The notes beneath the pieces are model-generated. The model saw nothing but the letters and a program-made list of their open reading frames with translations, searched no databases and was not told the DNA's origin. 64,000 nt of DNA from Syntrophales bacterium. GTDB lineage: Bacteria > Desulfobacterota > Syntrophia > Syntrophales > PHBD01. A program made the position numbers and the translations under genes. This document shows positions 40,484-50,273 of the stretch, in pieces (position 1 is the stretch's first letter; every line of letters starts with the position of its first letter). The stretch lies in NCBI GenBank assembly GCA_963668175.1, contig OY764159.1:672001-736000 (forward strand). Reading direction: 5' to 3'.

Positions 40484-43093
40484 ATGCTGATTGAAAGCCT
40501 GTCACATTTTCTTGACGGACATCCCAGTCCCGTTCTTCATATCAGTAAGGACGGTGCTATCGTATATGCCAATAAGGCCAGCTCACCGCTTCTCGATGCC
40601 TGGAAAGCCCAGGCGGGCAGTCGGCTGCCCGAAGAATTCCACCAACTTGTCCTGAAGTCGCTTGAGAACGGCGCAAAGATGCAGACCGAGACGACCGCCA
40701 ACGGGGCAACATATACTCTGGAGATTACACCTCTCAAAGACGGACAAGGCGCCGGTATCTACGGCACCGATATCACGAAACTGAAATTTACCGAGAAAGC
40801 CTTAAAAGAATCAGAAGACCGTTTAAGGATCATTGCCGAACATACCTATGACTGGGAGTGCTGGCTGGATCCTGACGGCGTCTACCTTTTCACCTCTCCT
40901 TCCTGTGAAAGAATAACGGGCTATAAAGCGGCAGCGTTCGCGGCGGATCAAAATCTGATGACGAGGATCGTTCATCCGGAAGACCAGCCTGCCTACCGCC
41001 GGTTCTTACAGCAACAGGACGGCACGCCCGAAGATCCGTTCCGTTTTCGTATCGTTCATCGGGACGGTACCCTGCGCTGGCTGGGCCAGTCTTGTGAAAC
41101 GGTCCGGGATGGTGCCGGCAGTTACCTCGGCAAACGTTGCAGCATCCGCGACATAACGGATCAGAAATGGGCCGAAGAGGAACTGAAGATCAGGAACATC
41201 CTTTTGACGGCCCAGCAAGAGGCGTCCATCTACGGCATTTTGATCGTTGATGACCGGGACAGAATCCTTCGTTTCAACAAGCAACTCACGGATATGTGGG
41301 GACTTACTGCGGAAGAGCTTCACGGGATATCGGGAAGATCCGTCCTGGAAAAGGTAGCGGATAAAGTATCGGAACGGCAGCAATATCTGGACAGAGTAGC
41401 GTTTCTTTACGGGCACAAGGCCGAAAACAGCCAGGATCAGATCATCCTGAAAGACGGTCGGATGTTCGAGTGGTATTCGGCCACGACGTTTGGATCCGAC
41501 GGCGAATATTACGGAAAAATTCTGTATTTTAGAGATATTACTGCTCGCAACCAGGCGGAGCGCGCCCTTCGGGAAAGCAGGGAGCTTTACGAGAATCTGG
41601 CGGAAAAGTCGCTGGCCGGCGTTTTCGTGGTCCAGGACGGTAAATTCAAGTTCATCAATTCCCAGGGGATTGCCTTTTCGGGTTACGAGCCGGAAGAAAT
41701 ACTGGAGAAGGATGCCTCCATGCTCATCCATGACGAGGACAGGGACCACGTCATGAAGAACGCCAAGAGAATGCTCTCGGGAGAGCAGACAAGCCCTTAC
41801 GAATTCCGGATTGTGACGAAACAGGGAACACATCGGTGGGTCATGGGCATGGTGACTGCCATCCAATACAGCGGCCGTCCGGCTATTCTCGGCAACACCA
41901 TGGATATCACGGAGCAAAAGAAGGCGGAAGAAGATAAACGGAGCTTGGAAAAACAATTGCGGCAGGCGCAAAAGATGGAGGCCATCGGAACCCTGGCGTC
42001 GGGGATCGCCCATGATTTTAACAATATCCTGGGCGCTATTTCGGGTTATACCGAGATGGCCATGGAAGAGGCTGACAGGGAAACAGGCCTGTATGCCTAT
42101 CTCGATCAGATATTCCGGGGATCGAAGCGGGCCATCGACCTGGTCAGGCAGATTCTGGCTTTCAGCCGTCAGACGGAGCAGGAACTGAGACCGATAAGTT
42201 TTGACAGGATCACCAAGGAGACGCTGAAACTCATGCGGGCTACCCTGCCGTCGACCATCAGGATTATCCATCACCTCGAATGCGACCATGACATCGTTCT
42301 TGCCGATCCCGGACAGATTCAACAAGTCTTGATGAACCTCTGTACCAACGCGGCCGATGCCATGCGCGACCGGGGCGGGACCCTGGAGGTGAATCTTGTC
42401 AGCCGATCGATAAGTTCCCAGGATGCCGTCAATTACGGGTCGTTGCCTCCCGGCCCCTATCTGGAGCTTTCGGTCAAGGATGACGGTGAAGGTATTCATC
42501 CGGATATTATCGACCGTGTATTCGATCCCTTTTTTACAACCAAGAATAATGGTACGGGCATGGGCCTGTCCGTCGTGCACGGTATCATCAAGAACCATGG
42601 GGGGGAAATCGCTGTGGAGTCCGATTGGGGGCACGGGAGTATATTCCGGGTCTATCTCCCCAGTCTCGAGGCAGACCCGCGTCCCCTCGATCAGGATTTA
42701 AATGCGGAGTTGCCTAAAGGGCGGGAGAGAATCCTCTTTATCGATGACGAAGAGATTCTGGTCAAGCTCGGTCAGGTCATGCTGTCGAAGTTGGGGTACA
42801 AAGTCGAAGGCGAATGCAGCAGTTTCACGGCCCTGGAAAAATTCAAAGCCGATCCGGAACGTTATGATTTGGTCATTACCGACATGACGATGCCCGGCAT
42901 GACGGGGGTGGAGCTTGCCCGGGAACTCCTCTCGATAAGAGAAGATCTGCCCATGATTCTCTGTACGGGATTCCACGATTCCATTTCCCCCGTGAAGGCG
43001 AAGCAGCTTGGTTTCCGCGAGTTTGTGCTGAAACCCATATTGATGCAGCAGATTGCCGGAATTATTAGACGAATATTGGACCAGCCCTTTTGA
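40484..43093 (+). CDS. Cytoplasmic multi-PAS hybrid sensor histidine kinase
   Basis: Several PAS/PAC repeats, H-box IAHDFNN, N-box NLCTNA, GTGMGL, receiver DDEE...TDMTMP...KP. Confidence 0.93.
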   Translation: MLIESLSHFLDGHPSPVLHISKDGAIVYANKASSPLLDAWKAQAGSRLPEEFHQLVLKSLENGAKMQTETTANGATYTLEITPLKDGQGAGIYGTDITKLKFTEKALKESEDRLRIIAEHTYDWECWLDPDGVYLFTSPSCERITGYKAAAFAADQNLMTRIVHPEDQPAYRRFLQQQDGTPEDPFRFRIVHRDGTLRWLGQSCETVRDGAGSYLGKRCSIRDITDQKWAEEELKIRNILLTAQQEASIYGILIVDDRDRILRFNKQLTDMWGLTAEELHGISGRSVLEKVADKVSERQQYLDRVAFLYGHKAENSQDQIILKDGRMFEWYSATTFGSDGEYYGKILYFRDITARNQAERALRESRELYENLAEKSLAGVFVVQDGKFKFINSQGIAFSGYEPEEILEKDASMLIHDEDRDHVMKNAKRMLSGEQTSPYEFRIVTKQGTHRWVMGMVTAIQYSGRPAILGNTMDITEQKKAEEDKRSLEKQLRQAQKMEAIGTLASGIAHDFNNILGAISGYTEMAMEEADRETGLYAYLDQIFRGSKRAIDLVRQILAFSRQTEQELRPISFDRITKETLKLMRATLPSTIRIIHHLECDHDIVLADPGQIQQVLMNLCTNAADAMRDRGGTLEVNLVSRSISSQDAVNYGSLPPGPYLELSVKDDGEGIHPDIIDRVFDPFFTTKNNGTGMGLSVVHGIIKNHGGEIAVESDWGHGSIFRVYLPSLEADPRPLDQDLNAELPKGRERILFIDDEEILVKLGQVMLSKLGYKVEGECSSFTALEKFKADPERYDLVITDMTMPGMTGVELARELLSIREDLPMILCTGFHDSISPVKAKQLGFREFVLKPILMQQIAGIIRRILDQPF

Positions 43094-43109
43094 TGAAGGA
43101 GAGCCGTAG

Positions 43110-44504
43110 ATGGCGACCATACTTATTGTGGACGACGAAAAGATTATGTCCAACATGATCAAGGACATGGTGACGCAAATGGGCCATGAAGCCGTTACCG
43201 TTTATACGCTTAAAGACGGTGTCGCCGAGGCTTCTGACCGCCCTTTCGATGTTGTCTTCCTGGATGTGAGACTTCCCGACGGTAACGGCCTGGATGCCCT
43301 GCCGCAGATTCAGGCTACTTCTTCGACGCCGGAAGTTGTTATTATTACGGGTTATGGCGATCCCGACGGGGCGGAACTGGCCATGAAAAATGGTGCCTGG
43401 GATTACCTGGAAAAGACATCGTCCTTGAAAACCATTAAACTGTGCCTGGAAAGGGCAATCCAATATCGGGAAATCAAAAAGGAGAAAAGAACGCCCCTGG
43501 TGTTCAACCGGGAGCAGATTATCGGCGGCAGCACCAAGATGATGTCGTGCCTGGATCTCCTGGCACAAGCAGCTGTGACCGATGCCGATGTGCTCATTTT
43601 TGGCGAAACGGGTACCGGCAAGGAACTGTTTGCACAGGCCATCCATAAGAACAGCAAGAGATCGCAGGGCAATTTCATCATTGTCGATTGCGCCGCCCTG
43701 CCGCCGACCATTGTGGAGAGCATCCTGTTCGGTCATGAAAAGGGTGCCTTTACCGGCGCCGACAAGGCCAGGGAAGGGCTTATCGGCCAGGCCGACGGGG
43801 GGACGCTCTTTCTGGATGAAGTGGGAGAACTGCCCCTTGTGGTTCAAAAGGCCTTTCTGCGGGTACTTCAGGAAAGGTCTTACCGCCCCGTAGGAGGAAA
43901 AGTCGAACATAAGAGCAATTTCCGGTTGGTTTCGGCCACGAATCGGGACCTGGATCAGATGGTCAAGAACAACCAGTTCCGCGACGATTTTCTCTTCCGC
44001 CTGAAGACGATTACCATCGAGCTGCCGCCGCTCAGGGAACATAGCGAGGACATCGGAGAACTTGTCTTCTATTACCTTGGGAAATTCTGCGAACGCTACG
44101 ATATGAAGCCCAAGAGTCTTTCCTCCGAATTCCTGGACAGTCTCGTAGCTTATTCCTGGCCCGGCAATGTCCGGGAATTGGTCCATACCTTGGAAAGGGT
44201 CCTGGCGGTGACGAGGGACGAAACCATTCTTTATCCGCAGCACCTTCCCACGGAGATAAGGGTTAAGCTAGCCCGGGCTTCATTGACGAGAAAGAAACCC
44301 AGCACGAGTTTAGGTTTTACTTTCGATGTCGCATCAGGGTATCCGAAGTTTGCTGAGTACCGGAAAACCGTCGATGAGGAATATTTACGCGGCCTGATGA
44401 CTTTGACAAGCAGCAACATCAAAGAAGCATGCGCCATTTCAGGGCTTTCCAGATCACACTTGTATGCCCTGTTGAAGGATCACGGTTTGCAGCAGCCGGA
44501 ATGA
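43110..44504 (+). CDS. Sigma54-dependent response regulator (NtrC family)
   Basis: Receiver LDVRLPD, GETGTGKE, GAFTGA, LFLDE, WPGNVREL, C-terminal HTH. Confidence 0.95.
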   Translation: MATILIVDDEKIMSNMIKDMVTQMGHEAVTVYTLKDGVAEASDRPFDVVFLDVRLPDGNGLDALPQIQATSSTPEVVIITGYGDPDGAELAMKNGAWDYLEKTSSLKTIKLCLERAIQYREIKKEKRTPLVFNREQIIGGSTKMMSCLDLLAQAAVTDADVLIFGETGTGKELFAQAIHKNSKRSQGNFIIVDCAALPPTIVESILFGHEKGAFTGADKAREGLIGQADGGTLFLDEVGELPLVVQKAFLRVLQERSYRPVGGKVEHKSNFRLVSATNRDLDQMVKNNQFRDDFLFRLKTITIELPPLREHSEDIGELVFYYLGKFCERYDMKPKSLSSEFLDSLVAYSWPGNVRELVHTLERVLAVTRDETILYPQHLPTEIRVKLARASLTRKKPSTSLGFTFDVASGYPKFAEYRKTVDEEYLRGLMTLTSSNIKEACAISGLSRSHLYALLKDHGLQQPE

Positions 44505-44556
44505 CACTCTGCCAAGGAGGGGAGCCCAGCCGGGAGCCTTTCCCCCTGAGAATCAA

Positions 44557-44591
44557 GTCCGATATTTTGGATGCCGTCCGGCATTTCGGAC
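44557..44591 (+). promoter_or_regulatory. Candidate tandem enhancer (bEBP) sites
   Basis: GTCCGATATTTTGGAT and GTCCGGCATTTCGGAC (GTCCG-N6-CGGAC palindromes), starts 19 bp apart. Confidence 0.55.
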
Positions 44592-44698
44592 AACCCAGCC
44601 TATCGTCAGTTCCAATTCTATAACGCCGTCAAATAAGCGAAAAGTTTAACTAGCTGAATAAATTATTCATTCAAATATTTTTCGCCTGCGATGCGCTA

Positions 44699-44714
44699 TG
44701 GCACAATTATTGGT
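44699..44714 (+). promoter_or_regulatory. Candidate sigma54 -24/-12 promoter
   Basis: TGGCAC-AATTA-TTGGT versus consensus TGGCAC-N5-TTGCW; AT-rich spacer upstream. Confidence 0.55.
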
Positions 44715-44766
44715 TAGATAATACCTTAGTTCTTTTACGGGGGAGAATCAGGAATTCAAGAAAGCA

Positions 44767-45147
44767 GTGATGTCGATGTCGATACTGATCTATTATACCG
44801 ACTCAACAGAGGCCGGCGAAAGCCTGAGGCAGGCCATCGAACAATCGGTTCAGGACGAGACGATCGAAGTCTACAGGGAAATAGGTGCTTTGTCGAAAAG
44901 GCTGCATCGTCCCTCTTTTGATCTTTCGGTTGTGATCCTGTTTTGCTGTTCCAAGGACGACCTCATGGATGTTCTCACTTTACAGAACCTGTTGAAAGAT
45001 GTGCGTATTATCCTGATTCTTCCGGATGACGACGACGATACCCTGGCCAAAGGGCATGCTTTAGGTCCAAGGTTCCTCAGCTACCGCGACGAGGGTTTTC
45101 GCGATGTTGCCGGCGTACTGAGCCGCATGATCGGCAAGCGGGAATAG
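44767..45147 (+). CDS. Hypothetical protein, degenerate receiver-like alpha/beta domain
   Basis: Alternating strands (ILIYY, VVILF, IILIL) and helices, about 120 aa; lacks canonical phospho-Asp pocket. Confidence 0.6.
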   Translation: MMSMSILIYYTDSTEAGESLRQAIEQSVQDETIEVYREIGALSKRLHRPSFDLSVVILFCCSKDDLMDVLTLQNLLKDVRIILILPDDDDDTLAKGHALGPRFLSYRDEGFRDVAGVLSRMIGKRE

Positions 45148-45524
45148 CCGTCACGGGTTATCGGTTCCCGTACAGTCCTGATCGGGATAGATGATCGGCG
45201 GATTGATCTAGGGGAAGGAGGAGTGGAAGTGCTTACCCCCCCCATTATGAGTGCCAAGCTCCTCTCTTTCCCTTTTTTTATTCGTTTGTTACGACTCTTA
45301 AGGCGTCAGGGGAGAGAGTTCGACCGCAGTACGGCAACCGTCAATCCGGGGCCGCTGCCATTATGATCTTGACACGTGTGTCTAAAATACACGTCGCATG
45401 ACCATCCTATATATTGGTCATACAAATCGTGCGGCAATATGAAAAGCGCGATCGATGCAAGGTTAACGGGACGGTATCAATATTGATCTTGCCGATATCT
45501 GAACAGGAATATACCGTTTTCATG

Positions 45525-45554
45525 AAGGGGGAGACATCAATCCCCCTTTTTTTT
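45525..45554 (+). terminator. Intrinsic terminator
   Basis: AAGGGGGA-8 nt loop-TCCCCCTT stem running into a T8 tract. Confidence 0.6.
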
Positions 45555-45847
45555 CGCCGTCTTCGGTTTCCTGGCAACAGACACCAACGCCATCGTGCCG
45601 TTCCGGAATTCTCAGTCGTCGCTCGCCGAAGCGACGGCTCGCTTCCCGCGGGGCGCTGCCTGGCCAGTGGGCGTCCACGGTCCGTTACATTGAATCCTTG
45701 CGGGTTCCGAAAGATTCTCAGCCGCCAGTCTTTTGCACCGGCATGACGCCGTAATAAAAAAATTGACAACATCCCTTAATATTCAGTAAATAGTCCAATT
45801 CCCGATGATCTCTTCGATTATCATCCATCCGTATGAGGTGTAACCAT

Positions 45848-47947
45848 ATGCGAATAAGACGACTCATGATTGCCATGATTGTGCTTCTGGTTGCCGCTCA
45901 AGCCCATTCTGCGAGTTCGATCAACAAGTGGGTATCCCTTGACTCGGATTCCAAGAGCCGCATCAAGAAAATCATTCAGTCCGAAGTCGAAGGACAGGAA
46001 GGGTTTTCGACGTCGCAGGAAGAAAAAATGAACACGAGAGTTGTAGAACAGGAACGCACCAAGGAACTCTCGTCCTTCAAGGCGGCTATTGACGGCGCCA
46101 ATAAGGAGTTCGTTCGGACAAAGAAGAGGCGGGATGATATATCGGCCCAGTTTCAGACGGCATCATATGATTTCGAAGAGCTGCAGAAAAACGTCAAGAC
46201 CATGACGACGGGCATCGAGAATATCAACAACCAGATTGTCCGGTATGAGCAGGATATCAAGACGCAGCAGGCGGCCCTGAAAAAATGGCTGCAAACGGAA
46301 AAACAAGGCGAAGCGGTAGTTGCCGTCATCTATACGCGGGGCTTCAAGGATAAAGCCCACGATCTGGAAGCCCTTGCCGATCAGGCGTCTTCGCCGCTCA
46401 TGGCCCAGCATATGGGTACCTATATCCGCTCGTTCAGCAAGGTCATAGATAAGGTCCTCACGGCCGACTTCATTCAGGCCATCGAAGAAGGTTCGGCGAA
46501 ATGGAATAATGAAGAACCGCTTCGTATAGAGCTTGATAAAGGCAACCGGGGAACAACCTATCTCCGGCTCAAGAGGTATGAGCTGTATCCTTTCCAGGAC
46601 CCGAAGACGGGCCGCGTTCGTCCCAATGCCGAAGCGAAGAAGATGAAAGCGGCTCTTGTGACTTCTCCAAAAGAATTGGAAGCATTTCTCGCTCAGAACA
46701 AGTTCTCGCCTAAGGAATTCGACCTCAGCAGGGCGGATTATATGATCCGTGAAACCCTCCAGAACGACAAGCAGGCCGAAGAAGGTTTGAAAGAACAGGT
46801 GGGCTCCTTCCGCGAGAGGATATCTGCCCTTCAGGAAAAGATCACTTCCTCCCGGTCGGACCGCGAGCAGGAGACGTCCCAGGTCAAGAAGAAACAGCTT
46901 CAGTTCGACAAGATGCGCCTGGATTTGAATGGCCTGAAGCAAAAGAAGGATGCCGCCGAGAAGGCATTTCAGGACGCCCAGACGGCGCTCCACGATATCA
47001 AGCGCACGCACGAGTCGATCATCATCAAGACGAGTCTTGCGACGACCAAAGGTTCCCAGACGCCCGCCGAGGCGTCGGCCGAAGCCATCATCGATAAGCT
47101 CGAAGAGGTTCGCAACGATGCCAAAATGCAGCATTCCACTTCAACGACCGAGGTGATGAACTATCAGGTCACGAAAGAGTCGTCGGCCCAGGCCGTCACC
47201 GAAGCGAAAATTATCGCCGTGCGGCTGATCTCCTTTGTGAATGAAGGCGACAGTGTCCGGGTAAAGATGGCGTTTCGCGTCAAGACGTCGCTCGAGGAAC
47301 AGAAGACAGGAAAACAGGAAAAAGGATTCTTCGACGGAGTGTTTGGTTCTTCCTCTCAGGAAGAACCGCCGCCCAAAGCGGTCGAAAAGAAAGAACCCCC
47401 GCCGAAGTCCGTCGCCAAGTATGAACCCGCGCCGGAAGTCCCAAAGGCTGCAGAGGTTAGAAAGCCCGCTCCGGAACCCGAGAAAGCCGCGCCGGCTACC
47501 CCCAAGCGGCCGACGAAGGCGATTGCTTCCGGACAGTCCAATGAATTTATCTTCGATTTAATCAGTGCCCAGATTTCGGGAGACCAGGTTACGTTTACAG
47601 TGGCAGCCACGAACAATGCCTCGGGCACCAAGTATATCACCCTGTATGATGAAACGTCGGGACGCTATAAAAGGTCGTCGCTGACGGACTATGCGGGAAA
47701 AACATATGAAGTGAACGAAGTCTACCTGTGGCGCGGAGAGCAGAAGACCCCGGCAAGAGATGCCTACAGGGGCATTCCGGTGGAGGCAGGAGAGAGCATT
47801 ATAGCCCAACTGATCTTCAAGAAAATGTCGCCCCGTACCCGGGGAGTCAAACTCCTGACGCTTCATCCATTTACGGCGGTCCGGGTCATGTTCTTTAAAT
47901 GGCGTGACGAAGATCTGGTTTTTTCCAATATCCCTGTGCGCCGTTAG
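45848..47947 (+). CDS. Large exported coiled-coil protein with Pro/Lys/Glu-rich linker and C-terminal beta-rich domain
   Basis: Signal peptide ending AQAHS-A, two long heptad regions, EEPPPKAVEKKEPPP linker. Confidence 0.75.
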   Translation: MRIRRLMIAMIVLLVAAQAHSASSINKWVSLDSDSKSRIKKIIQSEVEGQEGFSTSQEEKMNTRVVEQERTKELSSFKAAIDGANKEFVRTKKRRDDISAQFQTASYDFEELQKNVKTMTTGIENINNQIVRYEQDIKTQQAALKKWLQTEKQGEAVVAVIYTRGFKDKAHDLEALADQASSPLMAQHMGTYIRSFSKVIDKVLTADFIQAIEEGSAKWNNEEPLRIELDKGNRGTTYLRLKRYELYPFQDPKTGRVRPNAEAKKMKAALVTSPKELEAFLAQNKFSPKEFDLSRADYMIRETLQNDKQAEEGLKEQVGSFRERISALQEKITSSRSDREQETSQVKKKQLQFDKMRLDLNGLKQKKDAAEKAFQDAQTALHDIKRTHESIIIKTSLATTKGSQTPAEASAEAIIDKLEEVRNDAKMQHSTSTTEVMNYQVTKESSAQAVTEAKIIAVRLISFVNEGDSVRVKMAFRVKTSLEEQKTGKQEKGFFDGVFGSSSQEEPPPKAVEKKEPPPKSVAKYEPAPEVPKAAEVRKPAPEPEKAAPATPKRPTKAIASGQSNEFIFDLISAQISGDQVTFTVAATNNASGTKYITLYDETSGRYKRSSLTDYAGKTYEVNEVYLWRGEQKTPARDAYRGIPVEAGESIIAQLIFKKMSPRTRGVKLLTLHPFTAVRVMFFKWRDEDLVFSNIPVRR

Positions 47948-47965
47948 AGAAGCGTATTATCAGAA

Positions 47966-48349
47966 ATGGTCTGCAAGGGACGACGCCTCTTGTTTATCAT
48001 AAGAAAAATGATGCGGCATCTGGCAAAGACGGACTTTGTCCGGCGTGCCCTGGCCGAAGAAACGGATTTGAGTATCTTAAGGCGAAAGCCGACAGCACGT
48101 ACCTACACGGGCCTTTTCCTGATTCTGTTCAGTTACGTTATAGGCTGGCCTGCCGTGGCGCTCACGGGATTCCTCGCTTTCCACACCGGGGAACCGCTGA
48201 TTGCCGTCGTCGGAGGCCCCGTCATGTACGGATTGTCCCACCTTGTTTTTCTAGCCGGCGCCTATCTCGCCGGAATTGACTATGCAAGGGTTTTCCTGTT
48301 ATGGGCTACGCGCGCAGCCTATAAGAGGGTACTCGATCATCGGGATTAA
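47966..48349 (+). CDS. Hypothetical small membrane protein
   Basis: Hydrophobic segments (FSYVIGWPAV...GGPVMYGLSH); start uncertain. Confidence 0.6.
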   Translation: MVCKGRRLLFIIRKMMRHLAKTDFVRRALAEETDLSILRRKPTARTYTGLFLILFSYVIGWPAVALTGFLAFHTGEPLIAVVGGPVMYGLSHLVFLAGAYLAGIDYARVFLLWATRAAYKRVLDHRD

Positions 48350-48449
48350 GCACCGCCGAAATTGCAGATGCGCAAAAAGCCGAATCAGGGTGTCTATATG
48401 AATAATTCACCAGGCGGTGAATTTGATAATGAACGGAGGATAGAGGTTC

Positions 48450-48704
48450 ATGGATGAATTGGTCAAGGAACTAAAAGTAAAGATTATCGAAACATTGGGG
48501 TTGCTGGACGTCACGCCTGACGATATTGACGAATCGGGACAACTGGTTGGAGGCGATCTCGGCCTCGATTCCATCGATGTCCTGGAGTTGGTCATGATGA
48601 TCGAGAAAGATTACGGGATTAAAATCGACAACAAGGAACTCGGCGTTAAAGTTTTTGCCTCTGTAAGGGCGTTGGCCGAACATATCCAGGCCAATCGTAC
48701 TTAA
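48450..48704 (+). CDS. Acyl carrier protein 1
   Basis: LGLDSIDVLEL phosphopantetheine site; acidic, 84 aa. Confidence 0.92.
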   Translation: MDELVKELKVKIIETLGLLDVTPDDIDESGQLVGGDLGLDSIDVLELVMMIEKDYGIKIDNKELGVKVFASVRALAEHIQANRT

Positions 48705-48741
48705 GTGTAAAAATTCTTTTCAGTCCTGCGAAGAGACAACG

Positions 48742-50214
48742 ATGACGGATACAGTTCAGGAGTCTGCCGAGATAGTCATCATCGGTTCCGGTATTGGCGG
48801 CCTTTCCGCGGGTATCATCTTGGCAAGACTCGGTTACCGGGTCGTCCTCGTCGAAAAGAACCGGCGTCCCGGCGGGTTGATGAGGGGCTACCGAAGGAGA
48901 GGATACGATTGCCCCGTAGGCATCCATTATCTGGGATCGCTGGCCGAAGGCCAGGTTATGCACCGGATGTTTCAATATCTCGGTGTCATGGACAGGATTC
49001 CTCTGGAGCGCATGGGGCGCGAAGGGATTATCGACCGTTACATCTTCCGTGATTTTATCTTCGATCTTCCCGAAGGCATTCAGGCGTTCGCAGAAAACCT
49101 GAGATCGGCCTTTCCGGGCGATCGGGACCTTATAGACGGAATAATCGGCAATATCACCGATATTGCCGCCCGTCTCGATACCCTCGAATTCCTCTACTCT
49201 CCGTCTCTTTCCATCTCATCGTTCGAGCATTTGGAATCGATGGATTCTTTTTTGACGAGGCACGGCTGCTCGCCGCGTCTCCGCGCCGTGCTGGGGGTGC
49301 CGCCTTCCTGGATAGGCCTTTCCCTCCGTGATTGCCCCGTCCTCTATCACCATATGGCTTTGGTCTCCTATCTCTTGTCCGCCTGGCGCTTAAAGAAAGA
49401 CGGTTCACAGATGGCCGATGTCCTGGTCGACCGCTTCCGGGAGTTGGGCGGACAGGTCCTGACCGGTGAAGAGGTCGAACGGATTCTCGTGAACAACTCT
49501 GTTGTCGAAGGCGTCGTCTGCAAGTCAGGGCTTCTACTCAAAACCGCATCCGTCATTGCCGCCGTCCATCCCGGAGTGGTCGTCGGGATGATTCCACCGC
49601 CTGATCTGAAGCCGTCTTATCGGCGCCGCGTCAGAGAGATGGAGAATACGCCCGGAATCTTTTCCGCAAGTTTCGTCGTCAACGACCTGTCATGCCCGGA
49701 TTATCCTTACAATATTTTCGATGTCGAGGATGACGACGAGGGCAATGTCGACACCGGAGCCTTTTATCAGCTGAGAAGGAGTCCGGAAGACGGAAAAGTC
49801 CTTCTCTCTATCCTTGTGCCGGAAACCATTGAACCCTGGCGGGCATGGGAAAATTCTCGATCGGGGCAGCGCGGCGATGCCTATCTCGAAGCCAAGGAGA
49901 AGAAGGCGGAACATTTACTAGAGACGGCAGTGACGGTCATAGGTCCCTTAAAGGATGTCGAACTCCTCGACACTTATACGCCGCTGACGATACGGGATTG
50001 GGTCGGAAGTCCCGACGGATCGGCCTATGGCGTTTCCCGCTCTACAAAACAGCTTCTTCACACGGCGACCTTAAGCCGTCCGGCCGTCCGCGGGTTGTAT
50101 TTCGCCGGGCAGAATGTCCTGCTCCCGGGCATCGTCGGTACCGTATTCGCATCGTTTCATACGGTCAAACAGATCATCGGTTATGAATGTTTTTGCAGCG
50201 AGGTCTCCTTATAG
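48742..50214 (+). CDS. Phytoene desaturase/retinol saturase family FAD-dependent oxidoreductase
   Basis: IIGSGIGG, VEKN..PGG, GIHY, TPLT.RDWVGSPDGSAYG, LYFAGQN..PGIVG. Confidence 0.85.
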   Translation: MTDTVQESAEIVIIGSGIGGLSAGIILARLGYRVVLVEKNRRPGGLMRGYRRRGYDCPVGIHYLGSLAEGQVMHRMFQYLGVMDRIPLERMGREGIIDRYIFRDFIFDLPEGIQAFAENLRSAFPGDRDLIDGIIGNITDIAARLDTLEFLYSPSLSISSFEHLESMDSFLTRHGCSPRLRAVLGVPPSWIGLSLRDCPVLYHHMALVSYLLSAWRLKKDGSQMADVLVDRFRELGGQVLTGEEVERILVNNSVVEGVVCKSGLLLKTASVIAAVHPGVVVGMIPPPDLKPSYRRRVREMENTPGIFSASFVVNDLSCPDYPYNIFDVEDDDEGNVDTGAFYQLRRSPEDGKVLLSILVPETIEPWRAWENSRSGQRGDAYLEAKEKKAEHLLETAVTVIGPLKDVELLDTYTPLTIRDWVGSPDGSAYGVSRSTKQLLHTATLSRPAVRGLYFAGQNVLLPGIVGTVFASFHTVKQIIGYECFCSEVSL

Positions 50215-50273
50215 GGGCGTACAGTTCTTCTACTGCGGGATTCATGGTATATCAGGAAACCTTCCCCTTCGCT

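Noticed and set aside
41006..44243. Long minus-strand ORFs (542 aa, 392 aa) opposite the kinase and regulator
   Set aside because: Antisense shadows of well-supported plus-strand genes.
45407..45772. ORFs of 110-121 aa on both strands in the intergenic region
   Set aside because: No RBS or motifs, and they span a strong terminator; probably spurious.
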